The position numbers were made by a program, and so were the translations under genes. Positions 46,935 through 61,260 of a stretch of DNA of 64,000 nucleotides are shown piece after piece; within the stretch, counting starts at the first letter, position 1, and the number at the start of each line of letters is the position of its first letter. Under the pieces are notes generated by a model. It ran no database searches. It was not told the origin of the DNA and saw only the letters and a program-made list of their open reading frames with translations. Source of the DNA: Heterodontus francisci (Eukaryota); assembly GCF_036365525.1 (NCBI RefSeq), contig NC_090378.1, positions 124,729,593-124,793,592 of the forward strand. Direction: 5' to 3'.

Positions 46935-49900
46935 ATATAATATAATATAATGGACAGACAGTCCCACCTCCTGCACTGACATACACAACAGTTATATATA
47001 ATATATAATAATGGACACACAGTCCCACCTCCTGTACTGACACATCCCACAATTATGTATAATATATAATAATGGACACACCGTTCCACCTCCTGTCCAG
47101 ACACATTCCACAGTTATATATAATATATAATAATGGACACACCGTTCCACCTCCTGTCTAGACACATCCCACAGTTATGTATAATATATTATAATGGACA
47201 GACAGTCCCACCTCCTGTACAAACACATCCCACAGTTATATATAATATATAATAATGGACAGACAGTCCCACATCCTGTACTGACACATCCCACAATTAT
47301 ATATAATACATAATAGTGGACAGACAGTCCCACCTCCTGCAATGATATATCCCACATTTATACATAATATATAATAATGGACATGCAGTCCCACCTCCTG
47401 TACTGACACATCCCACAGTTATATATAATATATAATAATGGACAGACAGTCCCACCTCCTGTACAAACACATCCCACAGTTATATATAATATATAATAAT
47501 GGACAGACAGTCCCACATCCTGTACTGACACATCCCACAATTATATATAATACATAATAGTGGACAGACAGTCCCACCTCCTGCAATGATATATCCCACA
47601 TTTATACATAATATATAATAATGGACACACAGTCCCACCTCCTGTAATGACACATCCCACAGTTATATAGAATATATAATAATGGACATGCAGTCCCACC
47701 TCCTGTACTGACACATCCCACAGTTATATATTATATATAATAATGGACATGCATTCCCAAATCCTGGACTGACACATCCCACATTTATACATAATATATA
47801 ATAATGGACACACAGTCCCACCTCCTGTACTGACACATCCCACAGTTATATATAATACATAATAATGGACACACAGTCCCACCTCCTGCAATGACACATC
47901 CCACAGTTATATATAAAATATAATAATGGACAAACAGTCCCACATCCTGTACTGACACTTCCCACAGTTATATATCATATATAATAATGGAAACAAAGTC
48001 CCACCTCCTGTACTGACACATCCCACAGTTATATATAATATATAATAATGGACACACAGTCCCACCTCCTGCAATGACACATCCCACAGTTATATATAAA
48101 ATATAATAATGGACAAACAGTCCCACATCCTGTACTGACACATCCCACAGTTATATATAAAATATAATAATGGACAAACAGTCCCACATCCTGTACTGAC
48201 ACATCCCACAGTTATATATAATAAATAATAATGGACACACATTCCCACATCCTGTACTGACACATCCCACAGTTATATATAATAAATAATAATGGACACA
48301 CAGTCCCACCTCCTGTACTGACACATGCCACAGTTACATATAATTTACAATAATGGACACAAAGTCCCACCTCCTGCACTGTCACATCCCACAGTTATAT
48401 ATCATATAATATAATGGACAGACAGTCCCACCTCCTGCACTGACATACACAACAGTAATATATAAGATATAATAATGGACACACAGTCCCACCTCCTGTG
48501 CAGACACATTCCACAGTTATATATAATATATAATAATGGACACACAGGCCCACCTCCTGTACTGACACATCCCACAGTTATATATAATTTATAATAATGG
48601 ACACACAGGCCCACCTCCTGTACTGACACATACCACAGTTATATATAATATATAATAATGGACACACAGTCCCACCTCCTGTACTGACACATCCCACAAT
48701 TATATATAATATATAATAGAGGAAACACAGTCCCACCTCCTGTGCAGACACATTCCACAGTTATATATAATATATAATAATGGACACACAGGCCCACCTC
48801 CTGTACTGACACATCCCACAGTTATATATAATATATAATAATGGACACACAGGCCCACCTCCTGTACTGACACATACCACAGTTATATATAATATATAAT
48901 AGAGGAAACACAGTCCCACCTCCTGTGCAGACACATTCCACAGTTATATATAATATATAATAATGGACACACAGTCCCACCTCCTGTACTGACACATCCC
49001 ACAATTATATATAATATATAATAGAGGAAACACAGTCCCACCTCCTGTGCAGACACATTCCACAGTTATATATAATATATAATAATGGACACACAGTCCC
49101 ACCTCCTGTACTGACACATCCCACAATTATATATAATATATAATAGAGGAAACACAGTCCCACCTCCTGTGCAGACACATTCCACAGTTATATATAATAT
49201 ATAATAATGGACACACAGTCCCACCTCCTGTACTGACACATCCCACAGTTATATATAATATATAATAGAGGAAACACAGTCCCACCTCCTGTACTGACAC
49301 ATCCCACAGTTATATATAATATATAATAATGGACACACAGGCCCACCTCCTGTACTGACACATACCACAGTTATATATAATATATAATAGAGGAAACACA
49401 GTCCCACCTCCTGTGCAGACACATTCCACAGTTATATATAATATATAATAATGGACACACAGTCCCACCTCCTGTACTGACATGTCCCACAGTTATATAT
49501 AAAATATAATAATGGACACACACTCCCACCTCCTGCAATGACATATCCCACAGTTATATATAATATGTAATAATGGACACACAGTCCCACTTCCTGTAAT
49601 GACACATCCAACAGGTATATATAATATATAATAATGGACACACAGTCCCACCTCCTGTACTGACACATCCCACAGAGATATATAATATATAATAATGGAC
49701 ACACAGTCCCACCTCCTGTACTGACACATCCCACAGGTATATATAATATATAATAATGGACACACAGGCCCACCTCCTGTAATGACACATACCACAGTTA
49801 TATATAATATATAATAGAGGTAACACAGTCCCACCTCCTGTGCAGACACATTCCACAGTTATATATAATATATAATAATGGACACACAGTCCCACCTCCT

Positions 49901-52900
49901 GTACTGACATGTCCCACAGTTATATATAAAATATAATAATGGACACACACTCCCACCTCCTGCAATGACATATCCCACAGTTATATATAATATGTAATAA
50001 TGGACACACAGTCCCACTTCCTGTAATGACACATCCCACAGGTATATATAATATATAATAATGGACACACAGTCCCACCTCCTGTACTGACACATCCCAC
50101 AGAGATATATAATATAATATAATGGACAGACAGTCCCACCTCCTGCACTGACATACACAACAGTTATATATAATATATAATAATGGACACACAGTCCCAC
50201 CTCCTGTACTGACACATCCCACAATTATGTATAATATATAATAATGGACACACCGTTCCACCTCCTGTCCAGACACATTCCACAGTTATATATAATATAT
50301 AATAATGGACACACAGTTCCACCTCCTGTCTAGACACATCCCACAGTTATGTATAATATATTATAATGGACAGACAGTCCCACCTCCTGTACAAACACAT
50401 CCCACAGTTATATATAATATATAATAATGGACAGACAGTCCCACATCCTGTACTGACACATCCCACAATTATATATAATACATAATAGTGGACAGACAGT
50501 CCCACCTCCTGCAATGATATATCCCACATTTATACATAATATATAATAATGGACATGCAGTCCCACCTCCTGTACTGACACATCCCACAGTTATATATAA
50601 TATATAATAATGGACAGACAGTCCCACCTCCTGTACAAACACATCCCACAGTTATATATAATATATAATAATGGACAGACAGTCCCACATCCTGTACTGA
50701 CACATCCCACAATTATATATAATACATAATAGTGGACAGACAGTCCCACCTCCTGCAATGATATATCCCACATTTATACATAATATATAATAATGGACAC
50801 ACAGTCCCACCTCCTGTAATGACACATCCCACAGTTATATAGAATATATAATAATGGACATGCAGTCCCACCTCCTGTACTGACACATCCCACAGTTATA
50901 TATTATATATAATAATGGACATGCATTCCCAAATCCTGGACTGACACATCCCACATTTATACATAATATATAATAATGGACACACAGTCCCACCTCCTGT
51001 ACTGACACATCCCACAGTTATATATAATACATAATAATGGACACACAGTCCCACCTCCTGCAATGACACATCCCACAGTTATATATAAAATATAATAATG
51101 GACAAACAGTCCCACATCCTGTACTGACACTTCCCACAGTTATATATCATATATAATAATGGAAACAAAGTCCCACCTCCTGTACTGACACATCCCACAG
51201 TTATATATAATATATAATAATGGACACACAGTCCCACCTCCTGCAATGACACATCCCACAGTTATATATAAAATATAATAATGGACAAACAGTCCCACAT
51301 CCTGTACTGACACATCCCACAGTTATATATAAAATATAATAATGGACAAACAGTCCCACATCCTGTACTGACACATCCCACAGTTATATATAATAAATAA
51401 TAATGGACACACATTCCCACATCCTGTACTGACACATCCCACAGTTATATATAATAAATAATAATGGACACACAGTCCCACCTCCTGTACTGACACATCC
51501 CACAGTTACATATAATTTATAATAATGGACACAAAGTCCCACCTCCTGCACTGTCACATCCCACAGTTATATATCATATAATATAATGGACAGACAGTCC
51601 CACCTCCTGCACTGACATACACAACAGTAATATATAAGATATAATAATGGACACACAGTCCCACCTCCTGTGCAGACACATTCCACAGTTATATATAATA
51701 TATAATAATGGACACACAGGCCCACCTCCTGTACTGACACATCCCACAGTTATATATAATTTATAATAATGGACACACAGGCCCACCTCCTGTACTGACA
51801 CATACCACAGTTATATATAATATATAATAATGGACACACAGTCCCACCTCCTGTACTGACACATCCCACAATTATATATAATATATAATAGAGGAAACAC
51901 AGTCCCACCTCCTGTGCAGACACATTCCACAGTTATATATAATATATAATAATGGACACACAGGCCCATCTCCTGTACTGACACATCCCACAGTTATATA
52001 TAATATATAATAATGGACACACAGGCCCACCTCCTGTACTGACACATACCACAGTTATATATAATATATAATAGAGGAAACACAGTCCCACCTCCTGTGC
52101 AGACACATTCCACAGTTATATATAATATATAATAATGGACACACAGTCCCACCTCCTGTACTGACACATCCCACAATTATATATAATATATAATAGAGGA
52201 AACACAGTCCCACCTCCTGTGCAGACACATTCCACAGTTATATATAATATATAATAATGGACACACAGTCCCACCTCCTGTACTGACACATCCCACAATT
52301 ATATATAATATATAATAGAGGAAACACAGTCCCACCTCCTGTGCAGACACATTCCACAGTTATATATAATATATAATAATGGACACACAGTCCCACCTCC
52401 TGTACTGACACATCCCACAGTTATATATAATATATAATAGAGGAAACACAGTCCCACCTCCTGTACTGACACATCCCACAGTTATATATAATATATAATA
52501 ATGGACACACAGGCCCACCTCCTGTACTGACACATACCACAGTTATATATAATATATAATAGAGGAAACACAGTCCCACCTCCTGTGCAGACACATTCCA
52601 CAGTTATATATAATATATAATAATGGACACACAGTCCCACCTCCTGTACTGACATGTCCCACAGTTATATATAAAATATAATAATGGACACACACTCCCA
52701 CCTCCTGCAATGACATATCCCACAGTTATATATAATATGTAATAATGGACACACAGTCCCACTTCCTGTAATGACACATCCCACAGGTATATATAATATA
52801 TAATAATGGACACACAGTCCCACCTCCTGTACTGACACATCCCACAGAGATATATAATATATAATAATGGACACACAGTCCCACCTCCTGTACTGACACA

Positions 52901-52937
52901 TCCCACAGGTATATATAATATATAATAATGGACACAC
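46935..52937. repeat. Tandem duplication with a 52-monomer (3,172-bp) period; second copy partial (~46 monomers)
   Basis: Offset of 3,172 at monomer starts 46952/50124 and at ORFs 47175/50347, 48402/51574, 48822/51994 and 49432/52604. The match breaks near 49765/52937. Confidence 0.92.
48660..49450. repeat. Local dimer (122-bp) higher-order repeat, repeated again at ~51830-52620
   Basis: (TAGA)GGAAACACAG monomer starts at 48721, 48904, 49026, 49148, 49270 and 49392 (spacings 183, 122, 122, 122, 122). Confidence 0.88.
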
Positions 52938-55900
52938 AGTCCCACTTCCTGTAATGACACATCCCACAGGTATATATAATATATAATAATGGACACACAG
53001 TCCCACCTCCTGTACTGACACATCCCACAGAGATATATAATATATAATAATGGACACACAGTCCCACCTCCTGCACTGACACATCCCACAGTTATATATA
53101 ATATATTATGATGGACACACAGTCCCACCTCCTGTACTGACACATCCCACAGAGATATATAATATATAATAATGGACACACAGTCCCACCTCCTGTACTG
53201 ACACATCCCACAGAGATATATAATATATAATAATGGACACACAGTCCCACCTCCTGCACTGACACATCCCACAGTTATATATAATATATTATGATGGACA
53301 CACAGTCCCACCTCCTGTACTGACACATCCCATAGTTATATATAATATATTATGATGGACACACAGTCCCACCTCCTGTACTGACACATCCCACAGAGAT
53401 ATATAATATATAATAATGGACACACAGTCCCACCTCCTGCACTGACACATCCCACAGTTATATATAATATATAATAATGGACACACAGTCCCACCTCCTG
53501 TACTGACACATCCCACAGAGATATATAATATATAATAATGGACACACAGTCCCACCTCCTGTACTGACACGTCCCACAGTTATATATAATACATAATAAT
53601 GGACAGACCATCCCACCTCCTGCACTGACACATCCCACAGTTATATATAATATATTATGATGGACACACAGTCCCACCTCCTGTCATGACATATCCCACA
53701 GTTATATATAATATATAATAATGGACACACAGTCCCACATCCTGTACTGACACATCCCACAGTTATATATAATATATAATAATGGACACACAGTCCCACC
53801 TCCTGGACTGACACGTCCCACAGTTATATATAATATATAATAATGGACAGACAGTCACACCTCCTGTACTGACACATCCCACAGTTACATATAATATATA
53901 ACAATGAACACACAGTCCCACCTCCTGTACTGACATGTCCCACAGTTATATATAATATATAATAATGTACACACAGTCCCACCTCCTGTATTGACACATC
54001 CCACAGTTATATATAATATATTATAATAGACACACAGTCCGACCTCCTGCACTGACATACCCCACAGTTATATATAATCTATAATAATGGACACACAGCC
54101 CCACCTCCTGCAATGACATATCCCACAGTTATATATAATATATAATAATGGACACACAGTCCCACCTCCTGTACTGACACATCCCACAGATATATATAAT
54201 ATATAATAATGGACACACAGTCCCACCTCCTGTACTGACACGTCCCACAGTGATACATAATATATAATAATGGACACACAGTCCCACCTCCTGCACTGAC
54301 ACGACCCACAGTGATATATAATATATAATAATGGACACACAGTCCCACCTCCTGCACTGACACGACCCACAGTTATATATAATATATAATAATGGACAGA
54401 CAGTCACACCTCCTGTACTGACACATCCCACAGTTACATATAATATATAACAATGAACACACAGTCCCACCTCCTGTACTGACATGTCCCACAGTTATAT
54501 ATAATATATAATAATGTACACACAGTCCCACCTCCTGTATTGACACATCCCACAGTTATATATAATATATTATAATAGACACACAGTCCGACCTCCTGCA
54601 CTGACATACCCCACAGTTATATATAATCTATAATAATGGACACACAGTCCCACCTCCTGCAATGACATATCCCACAGTTATATATAATATATAATTATGG
54701 ACACACAGTCCCACCTCCTGTACTGACACATCCCACAGATATATATAATATATAATAATGGACACACAGTCCCACCTCCTGTACTGACACGTCCCACAGT
54801 GATACATAATGTATAATAATGGTCACTCAGTCCCAACCCCTGCACTGACACGTCCCACAGTTATATATAATATATAATAATGGACAGACCATCCCACCTC
54901 CTGCACTGACATATCCCACAGTTATATATAATATATAATAATGGACACACAGTCCCACATTCTGTACTGACACATCCCGCAGTTATATATTGTATATAAT
55001 AATGGACACACAGTCCCACCTCCTGGACTGACACATCCCACTGTTATAAATAATATAAAGTAATGGACACACGGTCCCACCTCCTGCACTGACACATCCC
55101 ACAGTTATATATAATATATAATAATGGACACACAGTCCCACCTCCTCTACTGACACATCCCACAGTTAGATATCATATATAATAATGGACACACAGTCCC
55201 ACCTCCTGTACTGACACATCCCACAGTTATATATAATATATAATAATGGACACACAGTCCCACCTCCTGCACTGGCACATCCCACAGTTATATGTAATAT
55301 ATAATAATGGACACACAGTCCCACCTCCTGTACTGACACATCCCACAGTTACATATAATTTATAATAATGGACACAAAGTCCCACCTCCTGTACTGACAA
55401 ACACAACAGTAATATATAATATATAATAATGGACACACAGTCCCACCTCCTGTGCAGACACATCCCACAGTTATATATAATATATAATAATGGACACACA
55501 GTCCCACCTCCTGTACTGACACGTCCCACAGTTATATATAATATATAATGACGGACACACAGTCCCACCTCCTGTATTGACACATCCCACAGTTATATAT
55601 AATAAATAATAATGGACACACAGTCCCACCTCCTATACTGACACATCCCACAGTTATATATAATATATAATAATGGACACACAGTCCCACCTCCTGTACT
55701 GACACGTCCCACAGTTATATATAATATATAATAATGGACACACAGTCCCACCTCCTGCACTGACACATCCCAAAGTTATGTATAATATATAATAATGGAC
55801 ACACAGCCCCACCTCCTGTACTGACACGTCCCACAGTTATATATAATATATAATAATGGACACACAGTCCCACCTCCTGCACTGACACGTCCCACAGTTA

Positions 55901-58900
55901 TATATAATATATAATAATGGACACACAGTCCCACCTCCTGTACTGACACGTCCCACAGTTATATATAATACATAATAATGGACACACAGTCCCACCTCCT
56001 GTATTGACACATCCCACAGTTATATATAATAAATAATAATTGACACACAGTCCCACTTCCTGTAATGACACATCCCACAGTTATATATAATATATAATAA
56101 TGGACACACAGTCCCACCTCCTGTACTGACACGTCCCACAGTTATATATAATATATAATAACGGACACACAGTCCCACCTCCTCTATTGACACATCCCAC
56201 AGTTATATATAATAAATAATAATGGACACACAGTCCCACCTCCTATACTGACACATCCCACAGTTATATATAATATATAATAATGGACACACAGTCCCAC
56301 CTCCTGTACTGACACGTCCCACAGTTATATATAATATATAATAATGGACACACAGTCCCACCTCCTGTACTGACACATCCCACAGTTATATATAATATAT
56401 AATAATGGACACACAGTCCCACCTCCTGCAATGACACATCCCACATTTATATATAATAAATAATAATGGACACACAGTCCCACCTCCTGCACTGACACAT
56501 CCCACAGTTATATATAATATATAATAATGGACACACAGTCCCACCTCCTGTACTGACACGTCCCACAGTTATATATAATATATAATAATGGACACACAGT
56601 CCCACCTCCTGTACTGACACATCCCACAGTTATATATAATATATAATAATGGACACACAGTCCCACCTCCTGCAATGACACATCCCACATTTATATATAA
56701 TAAATAATAATGGACACACAGTCCCACCTCCTGCACTGACACATCCCACAGTTATATATAATATATAATAATGGACACACAGTCCCACCTCCTGCACTGA
56801 CACATCCCACAGTTATATATAATATATAATAATGGACACACAGTCCCACCTCCTGTGCTGACACATCCCACAGTTATATATAATAAATAATAATGGACAC
56901 ACAGTCCCACCTCCTGCACTGACACGTCCCACAGTTATATATAATATATAATAATGGACACACAGTCCCACCTCCTGTACTGACACATCCCACAGTTATA
57001 TATAAAATATAATAATGGACACACACTCCCACCTCCTGCAATGACATATCCCACAGTTATATATAATATGTAATAATGGACACACAGTCCCACTTCCAGT
57101 AATGACACATCCCACAGGTATATATAATATATAATAATGGACACACAGTCCCACCTCCTGTACTGACACATCCCACAGAGATATATAATATATAATAATG
57201 GACACACAGTCCCACCTCCTGTACTGACACATCCCACAGGTATATATAATATATAATAATGGACACACAGTCCCACTTCCTGTAATGACACATCCCACAG
57301 GTATATATAATATATAATAATGGACACACAGTCCCACCTCCTGTACTGACACATCCCACAGAGATATATAATATATAATAATGGACACACAGTCCCACCT
57401 CCTGCACTGACACATCCCACAGTTATATATAATATATTATGATGGACACACAGTCCCACCTCCTGTACTGACACATCCCACAGAGATATATAATATATAA
57501 TAATGGACACACAGTCCCACCTCCTGTACTGACACATCCCACAGAGATATATAATATATAATAATGGACACACAGTCCCACCTCCTGCACTGACACATCC
57601 CACAGTTATATATAATATATTATGATGGACACACAGTCCCACCTCCTGTACTGACACATCCCATAGTTATATATAATATATTATGATGGACACACAGTCC
57701 CACCTCCTGTACTGACACATCCCACAGAGATATATAATATATAATAATGGACACACAGTCCCACCTCCTGCACTGACACATCCCACAGTTATATATAATA
57801 TATAATAATGGACACACAGTCCCACCTCCTGTACTGACACATCCCACAGAGATATATAATATATAATAATGGACACACAGTCCCACCTCCTGTACTGACA
57901 CGTCCCACAGTTATATATAATACATAATAATGGACAGACCATCCCACCTCCTGCACTGACACATCCCACAGTTATATATAATATATTATGATGGACACAC
58001 AGTCCCACCTCCTGTCATGACATATCCCACAGTTATATATAATATATAATAATGGACACACAGTCCCACATCCTGTACTGACACATCCCACAGTTATATA
58101 TAATATATAATAATGGACACACAGTCCCACCTCCTGGACTGACACGTCCCACAGTTATATATAATATATAATAATGGACAGACAGTCACACCTCCTGTAC
58201 TGACACATCCCACAGTTACATATAATATATAACAATGAACACACAGTCCCACCTCCTGTACTGACATGTCCCACAGTTATATATAATATATAATAATGTA
58301 CACACAGTCCCACCTCCTGTATTGACACATCCCACAGTTATATATAATATATTATAATAGACACACAGTCCGACCTCCTGCACTGACATACCCCACAGTT
58401 ATATATAATCTATAATAATGGACACACAGCCCCACCTCCTGCAATGACATATCCCACAGTTATATATAATATATAATAATGGACACACAGTCCCACCTCC
58501 TGTACTGACACATCCCACAGATATATATAATATATAATAATGGACACACAGTCCCACCTCCTGTACTGACACGTCCCACAGTGATACATAATATATAATA
58601 ATGGACACACAGTCCCACCTCCTGCACTGACACGACCCACAGTGATATATAATATATAATAATGGACACACAGTCCCACCTCCTGCACTGACACGACCCA
58701 CAGTTATATATAATATATAATAATGGACAGACAGTCACACCTCCTGTACTGACACATCCCACAGTTACATATAATATATAACAATGAACACACAGTCCCA
58801 CCTCCTGTACTGACATGTCCCACAGTTATATATAATATATAATAATGTACACACAGTCCCACCTCCTGTATTGACACATCCCACAGTTATATATAATATA

Positions 58901-61260
58901 TTATAATAGACACACTGTCCGACCTCCTGCACTGACATACCCCACAGTTATATATAATCTATAATAATGGATACACAGTCCCACCTCCTGCAATGACATA
59001 TCCCACAGTTATATATAATATATAATTATGGACACACAGTCCCACCTCCTGTACTGACACATCCCACAGATATATATAATATATAATAATGGACACACAG
59101 TCCCACCTCCTGTACTGACACGTCCCACAGTGATACATAATGTATAATAATGGTCACTCAGTCCCAACCCCTGCACTGACACGTCCCACAGTTATATATA
59201 ATATATAATAATGGACAGACCATCCCACCTCCTGCACTGACATATCCCACAGTTATATATAATATATAATAATGGACACACAGTCCCACATTCTGTACTG
59301 ACACATCCCACAGTTATATATTGTATATAATAATGGACACACAGTCCCACCTCCTGGACTGACACATCCCACTGTTATAAATAATATAAAGTAATGGACA
59401 CACGGTCCCACCTCCTGCACTGACACATCCCACAGTTATATATAATATATAATAATGGACACACAGTCCCACCTCCTCTACTGACACATCCCACAGTTAG
59501 ATATCATATATAATAATGGACACACAGTCCCACCTCCTGTACTGACACGTCCCACAGTTATATATAATATATAATAATGGACACACAGTCCCACCTCCTG
59601 CACTGGCACATCCCACAGTTATATGTAATATATAATAATGGACACACAGTCCCACCTCCTGTACTGACACATCCCACAGTTACATATAATTTATAATAAT
59701 GGACACAAAGTCCCACCTCCTGTACTGACAAACACAACAGTAATATATAATATATAATAATGGACACACAGTCCCACCTCCTGTGCAGACACATCCCACA
59801 GTTATATATAATATATAATAATGGACACACAGTCCCACCTCCTGTACTGACACGTCCCACAGTTATATATAATATATAATAACGGACACACAGTCCCACC
59901 TCCTGTATTGACACATCCCACAGTTATATATAATAAATAATAATGGACACACAGTCCCACCTCCTATACTGACACATCCCACAGTTATATATAATATATA
60001 ATAATGGACACACAGTCCCACCTCCTGTACTGACACGTCCCACAGTTATATATAATATATAATAATGGACACACAGTCCCACCTCCTGCACTGACACATC
60101 CCAAAGTTATGTATAATATATAATAATGGACACACAGCCCCACCTCCTGTACTGACACGTCCCACAGTTATATATAATATATAATAATGGACACACAGTC
60201 CCACCTCCTGCACTGACACGTCCCACAGTTATATATAATATATAATAATGGACACACAGTCCCACCTCCTGTACTGACACGTCCCACAGTTATATATAAT
60301 ACATAATAATGGACACACAGTCCCACCTCCTGTATTGACACATCCCACAGTTATATATAATAAATAATAATTGACACACAGTCCCACCTCCTGTAATGAC
60401 ACATCCCACAGTTATATATAATATATAATAATGGACACACAGTCCCACCTCCTGTACAGACACGTCCCACAGTTATATATAATATATAATAACGGACACA
60501 CAGTCCCACCTCCTCTATTGACACATCCCACAGTTATATATAATAAATAATAATGGACACACAGTCCCACCTCCTATACTGACACATCCCACAGTTATAT
60601 ATAATATATAATAATGGACACACAGTCCCACCTCCTGTACTGACACGTCCCACAGTTATATATAATATATAATAATGGACACACAGTCCCACCTCCTGTA
60701 CTGACACATCCCACAGTTATATATAATATATAATAATGGACACACAGTCCCACCTCCTGCAATGACACATCCCACATTTATATATAATAAATAATAATGG
60801 ACACACAGTCCCACCTCCTGCACTGACACATCCCACAGTTATATATAATATATAATAATGGACACACAGTCCCACCTCCTGTACTGACACGTCCCACAGT
60901 TATATATAATATATAATAATGGACACACAGTCCCACCTCCTGTACTGACACATCCCACAGTTATATATAATATATAATAATGGACACACAGTCCCACCTC
61001 CTGCAATGACACATCCCACATTTATATATAATAAATAATAATGGACACACAGTCCCACCTCCTGCACTGACACATCCCACAGTTATATATAATATATAAT
61101 AATGGACACACAGTCCCACCTCCTGCACTGACACATCCCACAGTTATATATAATATATAATAATGGACACACAGTCCCACCTCCTGTGCTGACACATCCC
61201 ACAGTTATATATAATAAATAATAATGGACACACAGTCCCACCTCCTGCACTGACACATCC
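52600..61260. repeat. Variant domain C: near-identical tandem duplication of a 71-monomer (4,331-bp) unit
   Basis: A constant 4,331-bp offset appears in both sequence and ORF track: 52604/56935, 53289/57620, 54068/58399, 55227/59558, 56264/60595, 56508/60839. Private or enriched variants include CAGAGAT, CAGGTAT, GTCACACC, AACAATGAAC, AATGTACAC and GGTCACTCAG. Confidence 0.95.
53845..54800. repeat. 9-monomer (549-bp) duplication nested in the 71-mer; also at ~58176-59130
   Basis: GGACAGACAGTCACACC at 53845 and 54394 is followed each time by TGAACAC, TGTACAC and TAGACAC..CCGACC monomers. Confidence 0.9.

Larger units (their letters stand above)
34951..52600. repeat. Variant domain B: more diverged monomers interleaved with domain-A cassettes
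   Basis: Variants absent or very rare to the left become common: GGACAGACAG, GTGCAGACAC, CATACACAACAG, CCACTGTAAT, GGACATGCAG, CCCAAATCCTGGAC, CACCGTTCC, TAGAGGAAAC, CCCAACTCCTCTTCTG. Four of the five off-length monomers lie here. Boundaries are approximate. Confidence 0.8.
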
